A stretch of 64,000 nt of DNA from Octopus vulgaris (lineage: Eukaryota), in NCBI GenBank assembly GCA_951406725.2, contig OX597814.1, forward strand, positions 81,096,001 through 81,160,000, given 5' to 3'. The notes below the pieces were generated by a model, which was given only the letters and a program-made list of their open reading frames with translations, was not told where the DNA came from and made no database searches. Each line of letters begins with the position of its first letter. The stretch's first letter is position 1. Positions 26,296-40,763 of this stretch are shown piece after piece. The position numbers and the translations under genes are program-made.

Positions 26296-29200
26296 TATTT
26301 TTTTTTCTGAAAGATTATACAGAGTTAGCAAAAAATGCAACAATGACCCCCAAAAGGTATGTCCTCAAATACCTTATGCACCCTGGCCAGCCATGATCTT
26401 TCTTGGCCTGACTACCAGCCACCAACACCTATTATGTCCATCTCCTATGTTCCTGCCTTTAGGCTTTCACTTCATACATGCCGGCTCAATTTGATTCATT
26501 CCCAGTCGAAAGACACCTGTTGTTATTTCTTGTTGTTTGTAGTCATAATTGTGTACCATGTTCTCTGGGTTTTTTTGTTTGTTTTTTTTTTGTCTTTGTT
26601 GCCGTACACATTTGCTAGCTTTCTTACAAAGGGGTTTAATACTCTTACCTTAGACATTTTTGGGGGCAACCAGATTGAACCATCTCAAGTGTAACTGCCC
26701 GAAATCGTCACGACTTCTGGAACTTTACTGAGGAAAGAAAGCCATATTTGACCTGTCTTTTTTTTGCCTGTCCTTCTAATGGTTGTTTCTCTTGTCCGCC
26801 TTTGTATCGTCTATCTCTCTGAATGCTTTAACGTCCTCTATTGCGTTTTTGTTCCATTTTTATGTGTGCGTGTGTGTGTGTGTGATAGAGAGTGAGAAAA
26901 ATTATGAATTAGAGGTTATGCAACTGTCTAAAGGATAAATGTATCTGTAAATACTATTGGTGCATTACCTTGCTGTAAGGTTAACAATAGCTGGTAATTT
27001 AAAGGGTAAACCGTGGTTTAATATATTCAGATAAGATAAGAGAAGAAATGAAGCAACATGTAACAATTAGAAGTTGATTTATCTATTTGAAGCAACTGTA
27101 CACATGTGCCATCTTTTAAGGATGCAAAGATGTAAGCCTAAAGACCTAATGAACCTTTTCCTTTTTCTCCTTTTTCTTTTCCTTTTCCTTTTTTTCTCCT
27201 GTCAACATTCTTCTGGTAAAGTTCAAATCATTCTGATGTTTGTTACATGGAACGAGGTAAATGCAAGTTTACCTTGAAAATAACAAACTGAAACAGCTGT
27301 AAATGTTATCTTAACCATAATTAAACTATGACCATTCAACACTAATAATCAGCTTCTAATTGTTACATGTTACTCCATTTCTTCTCTTCTCTTATATATA
27401 TATATATATATAGTGGGAGTGAACCAGAAACTAGTTGGTATAGTTTCTGGTTCACTCCCACTATATGGAATTACAGGCAACTGTCTTCTACTATAGCCCA
27501 ATATATGTGTTTGTGTCTCCTGATATTGATGTCATTCATTAGTTATAAACAGATATCATAGTCATACAAGCAGTATCCTTCATTTAGTCATTTGTGAAAA
27601 GCTCTCTGGCCATGGAGCAATATTACCTTGCTAGGAAACTTGTGAGATCCTGCTGTAGAAGATCTGCCTAAATAAATTCCTCTGACCCATACAAACTTGG
27701 GAAAATAGATATTAAAATGATGATAAGTGTGTGTGTGTGTGTGTGTCTGTGTGTGTGTGTACATATTGCAAACTTTAGGTTAGTTAAAATATGTTTTTGG
27801 CGTATTTCAACTGCTAAAAGACAAATTCACTGTAGTTACCATAGAGAAAATTTTTCTTTTATGGTAAACGTGTGAAAACACCCTGTGTGTTCAGTGTTTC
27901 CATCTATCAGGATTACCAGACAGCGATGTTTCTAGCTAATTAGCTTTTATCAATGGGGAGTAGCTAAGAGAGGCAACTCTGTACATATCTTATAAAGCAA
28001 TAGCTTTATGTAAAATACAGTCAACAATATTGACTGATTTTTGCTGGTAGAGCACCAATCAATGTTCTGGCATAAGCAAAGTTTAGGTTAGTTGACTGTT
28101 GTGAATTTGCCTTTTAGCAGTTGAAATATATCACAAATATATTTTAACTAACCTAAACTTTGCTTATGCTTAAACACTGCTTGGCACTAATAATTTGGTA
28201 ATTTCCATGATCCGGTGATCTACCAGTGCAGTTCATGTACCTCCTTTATAGCAAGACACTTGTTTCTGTTTCTCTGTTACACTGTAACCTTTCATCATCT
28301 GACACAAGATCTCCTCCTCCAGTGCCCCTCCCCTCTCAAAATTATTTGTCTTTCAAGTTCCTTGGTGACCCTACCAGTGCTGGTGCTCTGTAAAAAACAT
28401 CTAGTCCACATGTAAAGTGGTTGGAATTTGAAAGGGCATCTGACTGTAAAATCCATGCTACAACTGACCTTGCCTGTGCTGTAGAAAGCACTCAGTCCAC
28501 TCTGCAAAGTGGTTGATGTTAGGAAGGGCATCCAGCCATAAGAACCTTACCAAAACAGACAGTAACCTGGGGCAGTCTTCTACCTGCCCAGCTCCAGTCA
28601 AACCATTCAACCCATGCCTGCATGGAAGACAGACATTAAACAATGATGATGAATCATGCTTTTTTTTACAGTTATTCACCATTACACTATCTTATTATTC
28701 TTCAATTTGTCTTCTTAGTATTATAACCACATCATCTTTGCAGCCTTATATAATCAATTACTCCTTGAGTATTTTGAGTACCTTCTTTTATTTTTAACTA
28801 ACCACAACTGGCACTACCACAATTCACTGCTTCTTTCCTTTATTTCCTCCTCGGTGATCAATGCAACTGTCCAGTCCCATCTCCTCCACACACACACACC
28901 CTTATTTATAACAAGTACCTTACATAACCTAGACATGTCTAGTCAAGCTTGCATTTCTTAACCTACTATCTTTTAAATTTCTCTCAACTTTTAACCTTAA
29001 CCATTCACTCTTATGAACCATCCTCACTGCCTTTCTCCTGTCCTTTTGCACTTTACTTTAATATTATAGAGTTATTTTTATATTCCATTTTGTCCTCAAT
29101 ACATTTTTCAATAACTTTTTTTTCATGCAACATCATTCATATAAATTTATCACCACAACTACAGCCTTCACTATCTCTATTGCTTTCTCATCTTAGTAAA

Positions 29201-29344
29201 CTGAAGTGTTGTGAGTCATAACATATGGTCATATTGTAAGAAGAGGATAAACACCATGTATATTTACTTTGTAACATTGAGTTCTTACTTGTCATGGATT
29301 ACTAAAATACATAATCAATATATATATATATATATATAATACAC

Positions 29345-29950
29345 ACACTTTCTGACTAAATGATAAATCTTGGAAAATTCATGAGGCAAATTCAGAAATG
29401 ATCTTTTAATATATAATTATTAATTTCTTTATTGTCAAACCTCTTAATTACAAGTCAGATTATATGATAAATCTTTCACCACCTTGGTATCATTGGACAT
29501 TTAATTGTTGTTAACTTGTAATTTAAGCAACTTAAAATCTAGTTTCTTTCAACCAAGCAAAGCTACAAATCATATAATGGTCGTGTCTAAACAGACCTAT
29601 TAACCTCTGCTCTTTAATTGGCAAGTTTCCTTCATGTTCTGGTGTTCTTTTTGAGTAGCTACAATCAGTTCTGCTTGAGCAGAACTATGTCACAGAAGCA
29701 GCCAATGAAATGTTAGTGACCAACATCTCCAGCACTTCAATTAGAAATAAGATATCCAACATCACTGTCAAGGTTGGACTTCATTGTATAAACAGCTGTG
29801 TAGTTGTGGCAATCATCATTGTGATCATAATCCCCAGTAGCCATCTTTATTATGGCTATGATAATCTAGTGGCTGAAGTAATTGCCACAAAACACTGCAT
29901 CTTGTTATTATATTGCACAGTCAAATTTCATTGGATTCAACTTTTATCTT
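29345..29950 (+). repeat. Duplicated non-coding block, copy 2
   Basis: See copy 1 at 15837-16716. Confidence 0.95.
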
Positions 29951-32372
29951 ACTGGGGTCAATAAAATAAATATGCACCAGTAATATATTTGGATCAATTT
30001 AATTGATTATTCCCTTTCTTTACAAATTCCTGTTTTGTATTAAAGTTCCAAATCTTTGCTATTTCTTAGAATGGCATAAGGTAATAATTTATGCCAATAT
30101 AGAAGAATATAGAGAAAGAAATTGGCAGGGTCATCAGACCATTAGACAAAATGCTTTGTGTATTTATTTCACCTTCTTGAATTATTTAACACTTTTTATA
30201 CCAGCCTGCCTTCAACTACCCTATTTTATATAAACTTTCTTATTTAAAGCAATTTAAATTAAAATCTTCCATCAAAATTACATTTTGATTTATGTTCCAA
30301 ACACAAGCTTATTAATAGCTAACTTATTTTATGAAATACTTCATTATTTTCACAATTAATTAAATAAAGGCAATGTATTTCAAGAGAAATATGATAACAA
30401 AAGGGTTAAATTCAGACAAGGTCAACTTTGTCTTTCTTCCTTCCAAGGATGGTAATTAAGGAACTATTCTTGGGCATCATTAAAGTAACAGACTAGATGA
30501 CCTTTGGTATTTGTCACAGCTCTTTGCATCCTTCTGTAGCCAACTCAGTAAACTTAATCTGTTGCTTATTTTAACTCTACTACCTGGTTTGTGGGGTACC
30601 TTTGGCATAGTCCACTCTAATGCAAACACTTAAACCAGATATCCAATTTGAGGATAGCTTCTTCCTTCCCATCAGTCTAGGAAGCCTATTAAGGATCATG
30701 GGCACTGCCTATAATTCCTGACTAATTAACTTATGGTAGTCTCTCAAGTTTAAAAAAGATTATTCCATAATTTCTTGCTGAACAACCTGCATAGATGATT
30801 TGTTTATAGGGGCCAAATGTTTGTGCTCTACATAAGCTCATTCTCTCCATCAGAATGACATTGCCTGTATAGGTGCATGGTGTGCCACATGTCAGATGTT
30901 TGGGAGGGTTTTAAGCACTTGAAAGCTTGTGAGTACCTAAGGTGGTGTCCATTCTACTATTTTTTCCACATGGCAAAAGGTTTTTTTTCTTGTTTATATA
31001 TCTTTATCAAGAAACATTTCTCATGGCCCCAGCAGACAAAATGAAAAAGGCATTGCCCTGGAGGATGATGAGAGAGATGTTGAAGTGATTGCAGAGCAAT
31101 ATGAAATTAAGTGTTTTGCTCAAGAACACAACATATCTCCCAGTCTGGGAATTGAAATCATGATCTTGTGATTATGAGTATGACACCCTAACCACTAGGC
31201 CACACACCTTCACTGACTAAGCAATAAAAGCAAAACACAAACTTACTCTATAGGACATGCTCTGACTATATCTTCCTTGCCAAAAATGTCTATAACACAT
31301 CTTGACCAGACTGAATCATAGCACTCCAGCATGGTTAACTTGCATTTGTAATTCTTTTTAATCAGCTTCTACCAAAAGGGAGGCCTGCAGACTTGGTCTG
31401 ATCACTACAACAATCACAGCTAAAATGAACAAATATTAAAAAAAAAGAAAGAATTTAAAGAAAGAAACATTAAATATTAAGCACAAATAAAGGCAGCAGT
31501 GTTTAAAAGTGTTTCTGGCAAAACTCCTGCGAATGAAACTAAAAACTAAGTTGGGAAAAAATAATTTATGATGTCTTGCACTTTGAGATTTTTCCAAGTG
31601 TTATTGTCATCATCATCATCATTATCTGCTTCTTCTTCGTGTATATGTGTGTACGTTGTGTGTTTGTGTATTTATAGACTCATTCTTATTTGTGTATGTG
31701 TGTGTGTATGTGTGTGCTTATCCACACACACACACACACAACACTCACATGGGTGTACAAGCAAACGAAATTAGCAGTAAACTCATGTTGTGGAGGTTAA
31801 ATGTTTGTATTAATATTTGACTTGGGTATGCATTACTGAAATTTTCATAGACACAAGAAACCTTTCAGATTATTTGAATGCAAGCGTACTGAGTGGTGAG
31901 GCAGCAAAGGCATCTAAGTAATACTGTCATTGCATGATAAATGACACTTAGTGCTTACTGACCATTCTAAGTCAGTAATGTCAGTAAATTAATGATGGGT
32001 AAGTGTTATGCCAACTGGTAGGGTGGCTACTGGATGGGAGGAAACTCTGGTGCAATAGATAGATGTATTCTCCCTTGTGTTACCCAGATTAATAGAATGT
32101 CAATAAAGTCACATAGCTTCTCATTTTCTCCTGAAAATGATGTGCCCTTATGCAAAATTTTAGTCACCTCAAGGCAAATTTGTAGAGAACAAGTTGAAGC
32201 TTTGCAAACATACGGACATGTAGATATATTCTTTTTATAAATTAACAAGATTGCTACTGTGATTCAGCATGGCCACAGTCAAGTGACTGGAACAAGTGAA
32301 AAGAATAAAAGTACCTGCCCTTGCCTGATTTCTTCAAAGTATGAAGATAATTCACATAGATAATTCAAATAG

Positions 32373-32735
32373 ATGCAGGCATGGCTGTGTGGTTGAGAAG
32401 CTTGCTTCCCAACTATGTGCTCTTGGGTTCAGTCCCACTGCATGGTACCATGTGCAAATGTCTTCTACTATAGCCTCAGACTGACCAAAGCCTTGTGAAT
32501 GGGTTTGGTAGATGGAAACTTAAAGAAGTCTGTCACATCTTTGCACTGGGTTTGCCTCCACCTTCTGCCACCACTGGTGCTGGTTTGCTTATGCTCTTGT
32601 AACTTAGCAGCTTGGCAAAACAGATTGTTAAAATAGGTATAATACTTGAAAAAATAAATACTGAAGTTAATTTGCTCAACTAAGCCCTTCATGGCAGTGC
32701 TTCAATATCCCCACAGTCCAATGACTGAAACAAAA
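32373..32735 (+). mobile_element. tRNA-derived SINE, near full length
   Basis: Head gcaggcatggctgtgtggttgagaagcttgcttccc...gggttcagtcccactg, body cttagcagcttggcaaaacag, and A-rich tail. Confidence 0.85.
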
Positions 32736-33273
32736 CAACAAAAAAAAAAAGAAGTCTTTTATGATCTCTTCCTTGAAAAGCTATAGCCTTATGTTCAGAT
32801 ACTTAGATGCAAAACTGTAGCATAAACTTATGTACATACATTTGTTTTTATATATGGGCAATTACGCTAAACTCTGAGTCAATACACTGCAGTGTTCAGT
32901 AGAGCTTACACAAGCAATGTATCAAAATGTTAAAACATATTACTGATATATTGTACCTTTTACCACCCAGTCCATCTGCATGTGTTTGGGGGTTATGGAG
33001 GGTTGTTTAGCTTTGACTGAGCAGACATTCCAAACTTGACCATCCTGTCTTTCTGTATATCAGCATGCTTGTTTTAAGATGGTAGAATATATGCTATGGA
33101 CATTTAGCTATTATTTGTCACAGATGCAGTAACCACACAGATATTCCTCATTGCCTTATAAGCACTGGCATTGTTTTTGTTGTTGATGTTTTGCCCCAGC
33201 TAAGCCTTGATCAAAAGCATGACAATCATCATCAACTTGTCTTTTTAGGAGTATCTAGGACTACATTATTTAA

Positions 33274-33477
33274 ATCTTTAGCATTTAATCCAGCCATATC
33301 CAGCCCAAATGTTCTACCTGTTGAATGCTATGATCCACCAGATACATGTAATGCCATTCTAAAAATATACCAAATGCACTATTGAAATCTTGAAGCTACA
33401 AGATAATGTATGATTAATTCAAATCAGTGTGAAAAAATAAATATTACATTTGACAAAAAAATCTGAATGTTAAAGGA
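33274..33477 (-). mobile_element. piggyBac-like MITE copy
   Basis: ttaa|atctttagcatt...aatgttaaagga|ttaa; the body matches 61561-61780 in reverse. Confidence 0.7.
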
Positions 33478-36400
33478 TTAATATGTTCTTTTCTTATTTA
33501 CACCGTAGGGAGAAATTTGATGATGACTTGTCTTTTTTTTTCTAACGGCCCAAACAACAATGAAGAGATTTTCTTCTGATTCAAAACCTTTGGGGTTTTT
33601 AATGACTTTACAAATTGGATTTGATTATAGCACTTGGAGATTAGGATGTCTAGAGGAAGGAGCTTTGCTCATTGCCACAGGAGGTGGTTGGTTAGTAACA
33701 TAGCACAGAGCTTAAACTTAGTTCGCATATTGATGTTGCAGTTATTTTGATTTGCTTGTGTGTTTGTGAGTTCCACTGGATCAAGTGGGAGAGACAGCCT
33801 GTAATTATAATATGTTCACATAAAGGAAATATAACAGCCTTCTCTGAAGCACATTACTCAACATACTTCAAAGAATTTGACCTTGCAAGGAATGAAGATT
33901 TAAAGAAGAGAAACAACAACAGACAAAATAATAGGTTACACATTTCTTATTTGTATTCCTTATTTGATTTCTTTTTAAAGTTGTTTTTCATTTTCAAGCA
34001 ATTTTAAAGTTAATGGCTAATTTTCTCATTTTAATGCATTTTACAGAGTCAGTTTTCTTTGGAATAACTGAATGGCTACTAGTTTTACATGGGATGAAGA
34101 AAAGAAAAATGTTTTGGAATGAGTGAAAAATTAGAAACTAATTTAAATCTCAAATTGTAAAATTTTTCTTGATGCAGTGACATTTTTATGGGACTGTTCA
34201 ATGCAGATTATCATGCTATAAAGATGACTGTTATATAAAATTTTACTTTTATTTATTCTTTTTATTTGAAACCCTTACTGTTTCTCATCAAATTCCAAAA
34301 CATTTGCATGACTGGCATTGATTTTTACAAAATTTGTCTTTGGCATATGCCGTTCTGACTGCCGTTCTCACTGACTCAATGGAAGATCTTTTCTTGAGAT
34401 GATGTCAGACCTATGAAATGAACATTGTTGAATCTAGTATTCTCCTGTTGGGTGAATTCTTTACTGTAGCAATCACATGCAATCTATAAATAGAACAAGC
34501 AGATGTATTCAATGAGAAAACTGATCTAAGATGTGTGGTAACCCTTGTCTAAAGCTGAGTTCTACAACCATTGCTTGTTACTTTCTTTTGACCCAATAAG
34601 TATGTCCAAATCAAATTAACATACACTTGTTAATTATACAATACAGGCATTGATCATAGCATTCTAAAGTATCAATTTACACATCAGTTTTATTCTTGAT
34701 CCAGCAGGTATTTCAACCATGCCCATTCCAATTTTTCCTTCTTTTTTGTTACCAGATATTATATCTAGCTCTACATTATCCAGTGTGCCTTTCCTAGGAT
34801 GGTAAGGTGTGATTTGTGGGAGATTTGGCTGCTACTTCTTACAAACACATAGAAGTTGTCTTTAAATATTTAGTGAAATAAATCTAGAGTCTTTTCCAAG
34901 CAACCTGGTTCCGAAGTAAGGCTATAGAAGAAGTTAACCTTTTGTGAGGTAAGCTTTAGCTTGACTGACATTAATGTAGTGTTAGTCAGTGAGATAACAT
35001 GAACCAGAACCCTTATGTAGTCTGCCACCTCTATTGATTCAGCTTGTGGCACTGTGACACTTTTCACTAATGATAGAATCAAAGAAAGTTTATTCTGTAA
35101 TCATATTGCAACAGTGACAAACGTGAAAATGTATGTTGCTGGCAGCTTCCACATCAATGAGAATGCAAAGGATATCCAATTTCTTTTTAAAGTATTTCAA
35201 GATCCATAATATTGTAACAAAAACCTACAAGGTCACATGACGTGTTCCATAAGTACTTTTAAAGAAAGATGAAGAAAAAAGAAAACAAACAAAAATCAAT
35301 CATTCATTTCTGTTCTTCCTTCTGTCAGTTATCTGGAAACTGTTGCCATGCATGCAGCTCTCTCATTGATTTCTGGCATCACTCATGATTCCTGACAATG
35401 TTTTGTCAGTGCTGTAGTTGTTTTCCTTCTTGTTCTTGTTAACCTTGTCATCAATGTTATCGCTGTCATTGTCAGCATCATCATCTTTCTTTGTCATATT
35501 CATAACGATTGTATATTGTTGTTGTTTAGCTTCAGATCTGCCCTGATCCAACAGACCTATGATTAAAGACACTCCATCCATGAGCAACCTGTTTTTTCAA
35601 GGGTTTCTAAGAAAATATTATCCAATGTGTCTATCTTTAAGACAACAGAATGGGATTTAGATTTTATTTTCTAGCAATTTGAACAATTCATTGGAGGCTT
35701 GATATTTTTGACAGTATCTCCACAACTGCTCGACTTGTTGGAAACAGCAGCCAAATTTTTTCCCCCCAGTTATATCCTACTGTCTTAAATAATAGCACTT
35801 TGGGTAATGTAGTTTCTGGTATACGAAAAGACATGATGATTATATCTGAAACACTTCTGATCAAAGTCTCCTCAATCAGGTCTGGCCTGTGGTTAAACCA
35901 CAACATCTATAAATCATAAGGTGTCATGCCTATCTAAGAATTCTTGATTGAGATGTTGTAAAAGCAAAGTAAATATTTGAACATACCACTGTTTTACTAC
36001 TAAGCAAATGGACCAGCTGAATAGAAATTTCTTGATCAATTACTGTGTTTGTAATCTTCAGCTATCCATGTTTCATTCTTACATTTTGGAACAATTGATT
36101 TTGTTATTCGCTTTGACTAGGCACATGGCCAATGTTTTGTAAACAAAGAGTATAATCAATTGATTTCTCATACAGGCACTAGGCCAGTTTTTAATAGTGA
36201 AATGGTAAAGTAAGTTAACATAGTAACTATAGCACATTGGAGAGCAGGGATGGCTGAATGGAAAGCGTAGCAGAAAACTAGTTGAGAGATTATGTTTTAT
36301 CTTTGGCACTGTGTTCTATGTCAGAACACTTAACTCTCAGATTGCACCGTCAGCCCAGCTCTAAATGAATACTGACTGAGACATAGGCAGGGCCGTATGA

Positions 36401-36567
36401 TGAAAAAGCTCACTTCCTAACCGTGGGTGTTGGATTCCATCATGCTTTCATGGCACCAATGGCAAATGTCTTCTACTATAGCCTCAGACTGAATAACGCT
36501 TTGTAAGTGAAACCAGCTAATTGAAGCCTGATATAATATCGCACTCACACACACACACACACACACA

Positions 36568-37423
36568 CACAGAGGATGTGATGAATAAACTGTCAATAAA
36601 TTTTTGCTTAAAATACACAAAATGAAAATAACACTGACATCTCATTTAACAGATATATTTACCAAATTACATAAAAATATCTTGAAATACTAAAGAGTAA
36701 ATTTATTCAATAAAATCACCATTGGCTTCGACCATGGCCTCCAGATGACTTCAGAATCTCCTGCAACTCTTCTGGATGGTCTCCTTGTTGAAGTTGGTGA
36801 ATGCTGCTATAATCCTTGCCTTCAGTTCATCTTTGGTGTTACAAGGAGTTTTGGTGGTTTCTCATTCAACTGCACCTTACACATAATAATCAAGAAGATT
36901 GCAGTCTTGTGGTCGCAAAAATTGTCTGACAGCCATGACTGGATTTTCCTGCTTCTATGACATGGTGCAGAGTCCTGTTGCTAGACATAGGTTCTTTCAG
37001 CAGCCACCCTCTTTATCCAAGGCAACACTACCTCCTCCAGGCATTTGATGTAAGCCTCTGTGTTGAGTCTGAGGCTGTGTGGGAAAATAAATAGAGGCAT
37101 AACATCACCATCACTAGCGATCACTCTAAACATCATGATGCTGACTGCATGTTTGATTTTTATCACTCTTGGTACATGCACAGTCCTCAGATTGATGCCC
37201 AAATACTCTGAAATGTTTGTATTGGAGCTTCAGGTGCAAATGCCAAACAGTACAACAAGTCGTTTCCAAATTTCTGGCTGAGTGAATTGCATCATGGTGT
37301 TGTTTTTCTCACAGACAGTACCCAACTGATCCAACTATATTGTGTAATTGACAAATTCAAAATCCAACAGTCTACAAAATAAAAAATATAAAATGGCAAC
37401 AATTTACCCATCACATCCTGTAT
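36568..37423 (-). mobile_element. Internally deleted maT/DD37D-like Tc1/mariner transposon with TIRs
   Basis: TIRs aggatgtgatgaataaactgt and acaatttacccatcacatcctgta. Minus strand gives IASDGDVMPLFIFPHSLRLNTEAYIKCLEEVVLPW..QQDSAPCH..DCNLLDYYV..ANGDFIE. Confidence 0.88.
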
Positions 37424-37864
37424 ATATAGAATGATGATGGTGATAAAGAGAGAGACATGCTGAGGCATCACTTTGAAGGGTTTACACAAGCATATTGAGT
37501 CTTGTACTTATACTTTTTTTAAGTCTGGTACTTAATTTATCGATCTCTGTGGCTGAAATGTTAAATTACAGGGATGTAAACAAACACTAGTTGTCAATCG
37601 GCAAGGGAACAATTACAGAGGCAATGCATATGATTATATATGTGTATGTGTGTGTGTGTGTGTGTGTATACATACACACACAGGTAAGCACATAGGTATG
37701 TGTGGTTAAGATGTTTCCTTTGCAAGCACATGGTTTTGGGTTCAGTCTCACTGAGCAGTGGCTTGGGTGTCTTCTACAATAGCCAACCAATGCCTTGTGA
37801 AGAAATTTGATAGAAACTGTGTGGAAGTCAATTATATGTGTGTGCATATATATATATATATATA

Positions 37865-38433
37865 TTCATCTGGTTTTGCACCTATGTCGCATAGACCGCA
37901 CCTTCCGCTGCCGTTGGTATAGGGCTTACATCTGGCCAAAATCTTCCAATGGAGAGATGACTTATCTGGAAAAGCAGCTTAGACCCTACTACATGTCTAA
38001 ACACAAGGACAGAACTTTTCGGTTCTTGCCCATATGTGACTAAATTTCTGTTACGTTTTTGGTCCCCTAAAGAAAACAGATAGAACATGCTTTCTATGTT
38101 ATGTCCCAAGAAGATTTTATATATTTTTATATATTTTTTATATATTTTTTATGTATTTTATATAATTTTTATGGCGAAAAATGCGAGCAATGTATAAGTA
38201 CGCAGGCAAGCAGAGTTATAACACAGTAATTTCCCTTTATATAACGGTATTTTTTCATAGCATTTTCAAATAGCCAGATAACCGAAGAGATGTCGTGGAT
38301 TCCCACTTTGGCATCTGAAACTCAGAGTTTTATCTTGACTATCGAGTAATGTAACATATAATTGTATAGATAAATTTCCTCTATTTACATAATATTAAGG
38401 TCTCTTTCTTTCTTTTGTTATCTTACCGTTTTA

Positions 38434-38437
<4 letters not shown>
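37865..38437 (+). mobile_element. CpG-retaining repeat inserted in a TA tract, probably a Penelope-like terminal repeat
   Basis: Bounded by (TA)n on both sides and contains a hammerhead-like motif at 38276-38335. Confidence 0.5.
38276..38335 (+). ncRNA. Type I hammerhead ribozyme motif, degenerate
   Basis: agataa-CCGAAGA-gatgtc[...]ggcatc-t-GAAA-ctcagag-TT-ttatct. Stem I and stem II are 6 bp each; the core has U4 to C and one extra base before GAAA. Confidence 0.65.
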
Positions 38438-38483
<46 letters not shown>

Positions 38484-40261
38484 AATATGTGAAGTATTAT
38501 TACTGTTATAAACAGTAATAATAAGGTGGCTAGCAAAACTTCTACCTATACAGGTACAATATAAACTATTTGAAAAAAAAGAAGGGTATATTTATTGTAA
38601 GTGTTTTTTGGAAGCTGTTGCTTTAATTTTTAGCAAGTGGTATTTTTACCATTCTTCTCTTCAGTTATATATGTATATATATTTTTTTCATGTATATACG
38701 TGCATATGTGAGTGTGTATGTGGAATTAATTAATGGACCCTCTTCTAGTTTCCACAATGAGCAATCATTTATACCATCAACTTAATTAGCCACTCATTTA
38801 GTAAGTGTGTAAGTGGCTGAATATTTCACAGATAAGTGTATTGTTAAGGTAATTCTTAGGCAGGATTAACATGACACAATGTGGATTGGGCTATTCCTTG
38901 AAATTCCAGCTACAGTCCCTTTGACATGCCTCTGCACATTCTGTCTGCCCAATTTTACCCATAAGGGATGAGCTTACAGTAAAACCTACTTTTTCAAAAT
39001 ACCATATAGTATGATTGAACCTGAGAATTCATGATTGCAAATTGAACTTCTTAACCACCTAGCATGCCTGCATTCATGTGTGTGTGCGTATGCACATATT
39101 TGTGTGTGTGTGTGTGTATGTAAATGCATACATGTACCTTTTGTATTTCTATTTCCTTATTCTGATTGGCTCTGAAGCCCCCACATTAATAAAAAACATT
39201 TTTCTCCTTCATATTGAAACAAACAAGTTGATTTGTTTGCAAAATATATTGCTTTATGTCCTATCTATGCCATAACCCCCTCCACACACACACACATACA
39301 CACACACTCACACACACACTTCCCTACCTACCTTATTCTCTCCTTCACTCTTTCTCTGTGAATCTCTCACTTCTCCTAATTCGTTTTTACTGGGCTTTTT
39401 TTTTTGTCTCTATTTTCTCTCATACTGCCACACTCTGTTTATACATATGTGCATGTGTGCTTGTATGTATATAAATATATTAGACTCCTTCTATCACTTT
39501 CCTTCTCTGTCATAAAATCTCTCTACCTCGTATGATTACATTGGTAACAAGAGACTACAGAAGAGACAGACAGACAGAAATAAAGGAGTTCATAAAAGGT
39601 AAGCCTTGAAGTGGAAAGGAACAAAGCAAGAGGGGAAACTAGGTAGAAGAGGAGAAAGAGAAGGAAAATAAGAAGACTGAGTTAGATGAGGAAAAACAAA
39701 GAAATTACAAAATAAACTGGAGAAAGATGAAAATGAAAAAGTGGCAGAAAAAAGCTGCACAAAGAACTAAATAATAATAATAGTAATAATAATAATAATA
39801 ATAATAACTGGTGGTGGTGGCGGTGGCACTTACTGTGGTGATGCACAAAAGAACAATTCTACATGTGTTAAATTGAAAAAAAACTGGAGAAAACAATGAG
39901 AAAGATTTGGAGTTAGTGGTGGTGGAAGAGAGAGCGAGGATTTTTATTTTTGGGTCAAATAAAATCTTTTAGTTCTTTGGACACAAGTCAATTAGTTATG
40001 TAGTGTGACAGAGTGGAAATGTTCTGAAAATGCAGCAAAGTATTGGTCAATAAGAGAGAGAGAGAGATGGGGGGGGGAGAGAGACTCAGTTTAGACCAAG
40101 ACAGCAAGTTTAAATGAAGATTGAATGACAGACAGATATATAGAGATAGATGGAGGGAAGGAAGTGTGAAAGAAAAATTGATAGGTGGAACTACTATATA
40201 TTAAATGGTGAATAGATTCCCACACACAAGCAGACCAAACAGCCAGATATAGATAGGCAAG

Positions 40262-40292
<31 letters not shown>

Positions 40293-40308
40293 GCACACAC
40301 ACACACAC

Positions 40309-40513
40309 AGAAGGGTGCTGAAAAGATCCTGGCTTTGGCTATAAGAAAATACAGGAGGATCAGTTAATTGTGAGTTTGTTCAACACATTGCCCTCTCAGG
40401 TTCACACACTTGTTGCAGTGGCCCTTCAGTTTTTAGAAGCCTTGCAAAAGAACTCAGAAGGTTAGGCCTTTGTGATACCCTTAAAGCCAGGAACTTTTCA
40501 GCACTGCCTCATA
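40309..40513. mobile_element. mariner-type MITE
   Basis: Terminal inverted repeats gtgctgaaaagatcctggcttt and aaagccaggaacttttcagcac, ending at TA. Confidence 0.8.
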
Positions 40514-40536
40514 TATATATATATATATATATATGC

Positions 40537-40570
<34 letters not shown>

Positions 40571-40763
40571 GTGGAGGCGCAATGGCCCGGTGGTTAGGGC
40601 AGCAGATTTGCGGCATTGTGAGTGTTTATTGAGTGAAAACGCCTAAAGTTCCACGAGGCTCCTGCAGGGGGTGGTGTCATTTGAAGGCTAAAACAATGCG
40701 AAGTGCATTGTGACCAGCAATGTGTAGCAACATCTGATAGCCTGATCGGTCATGGTGGTCACG

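Noticed and set aside
34047-34130. Strong acceptor and short ORF MATSFTWDEEKKNVLE
   Set aside because: No convincing donor, and all frames close quickly.
35100-35190. VAGSFHIN resembling the LINE endonuclease GDFN motif
   Set aside because: A single weak motif with no supporting neighbours.
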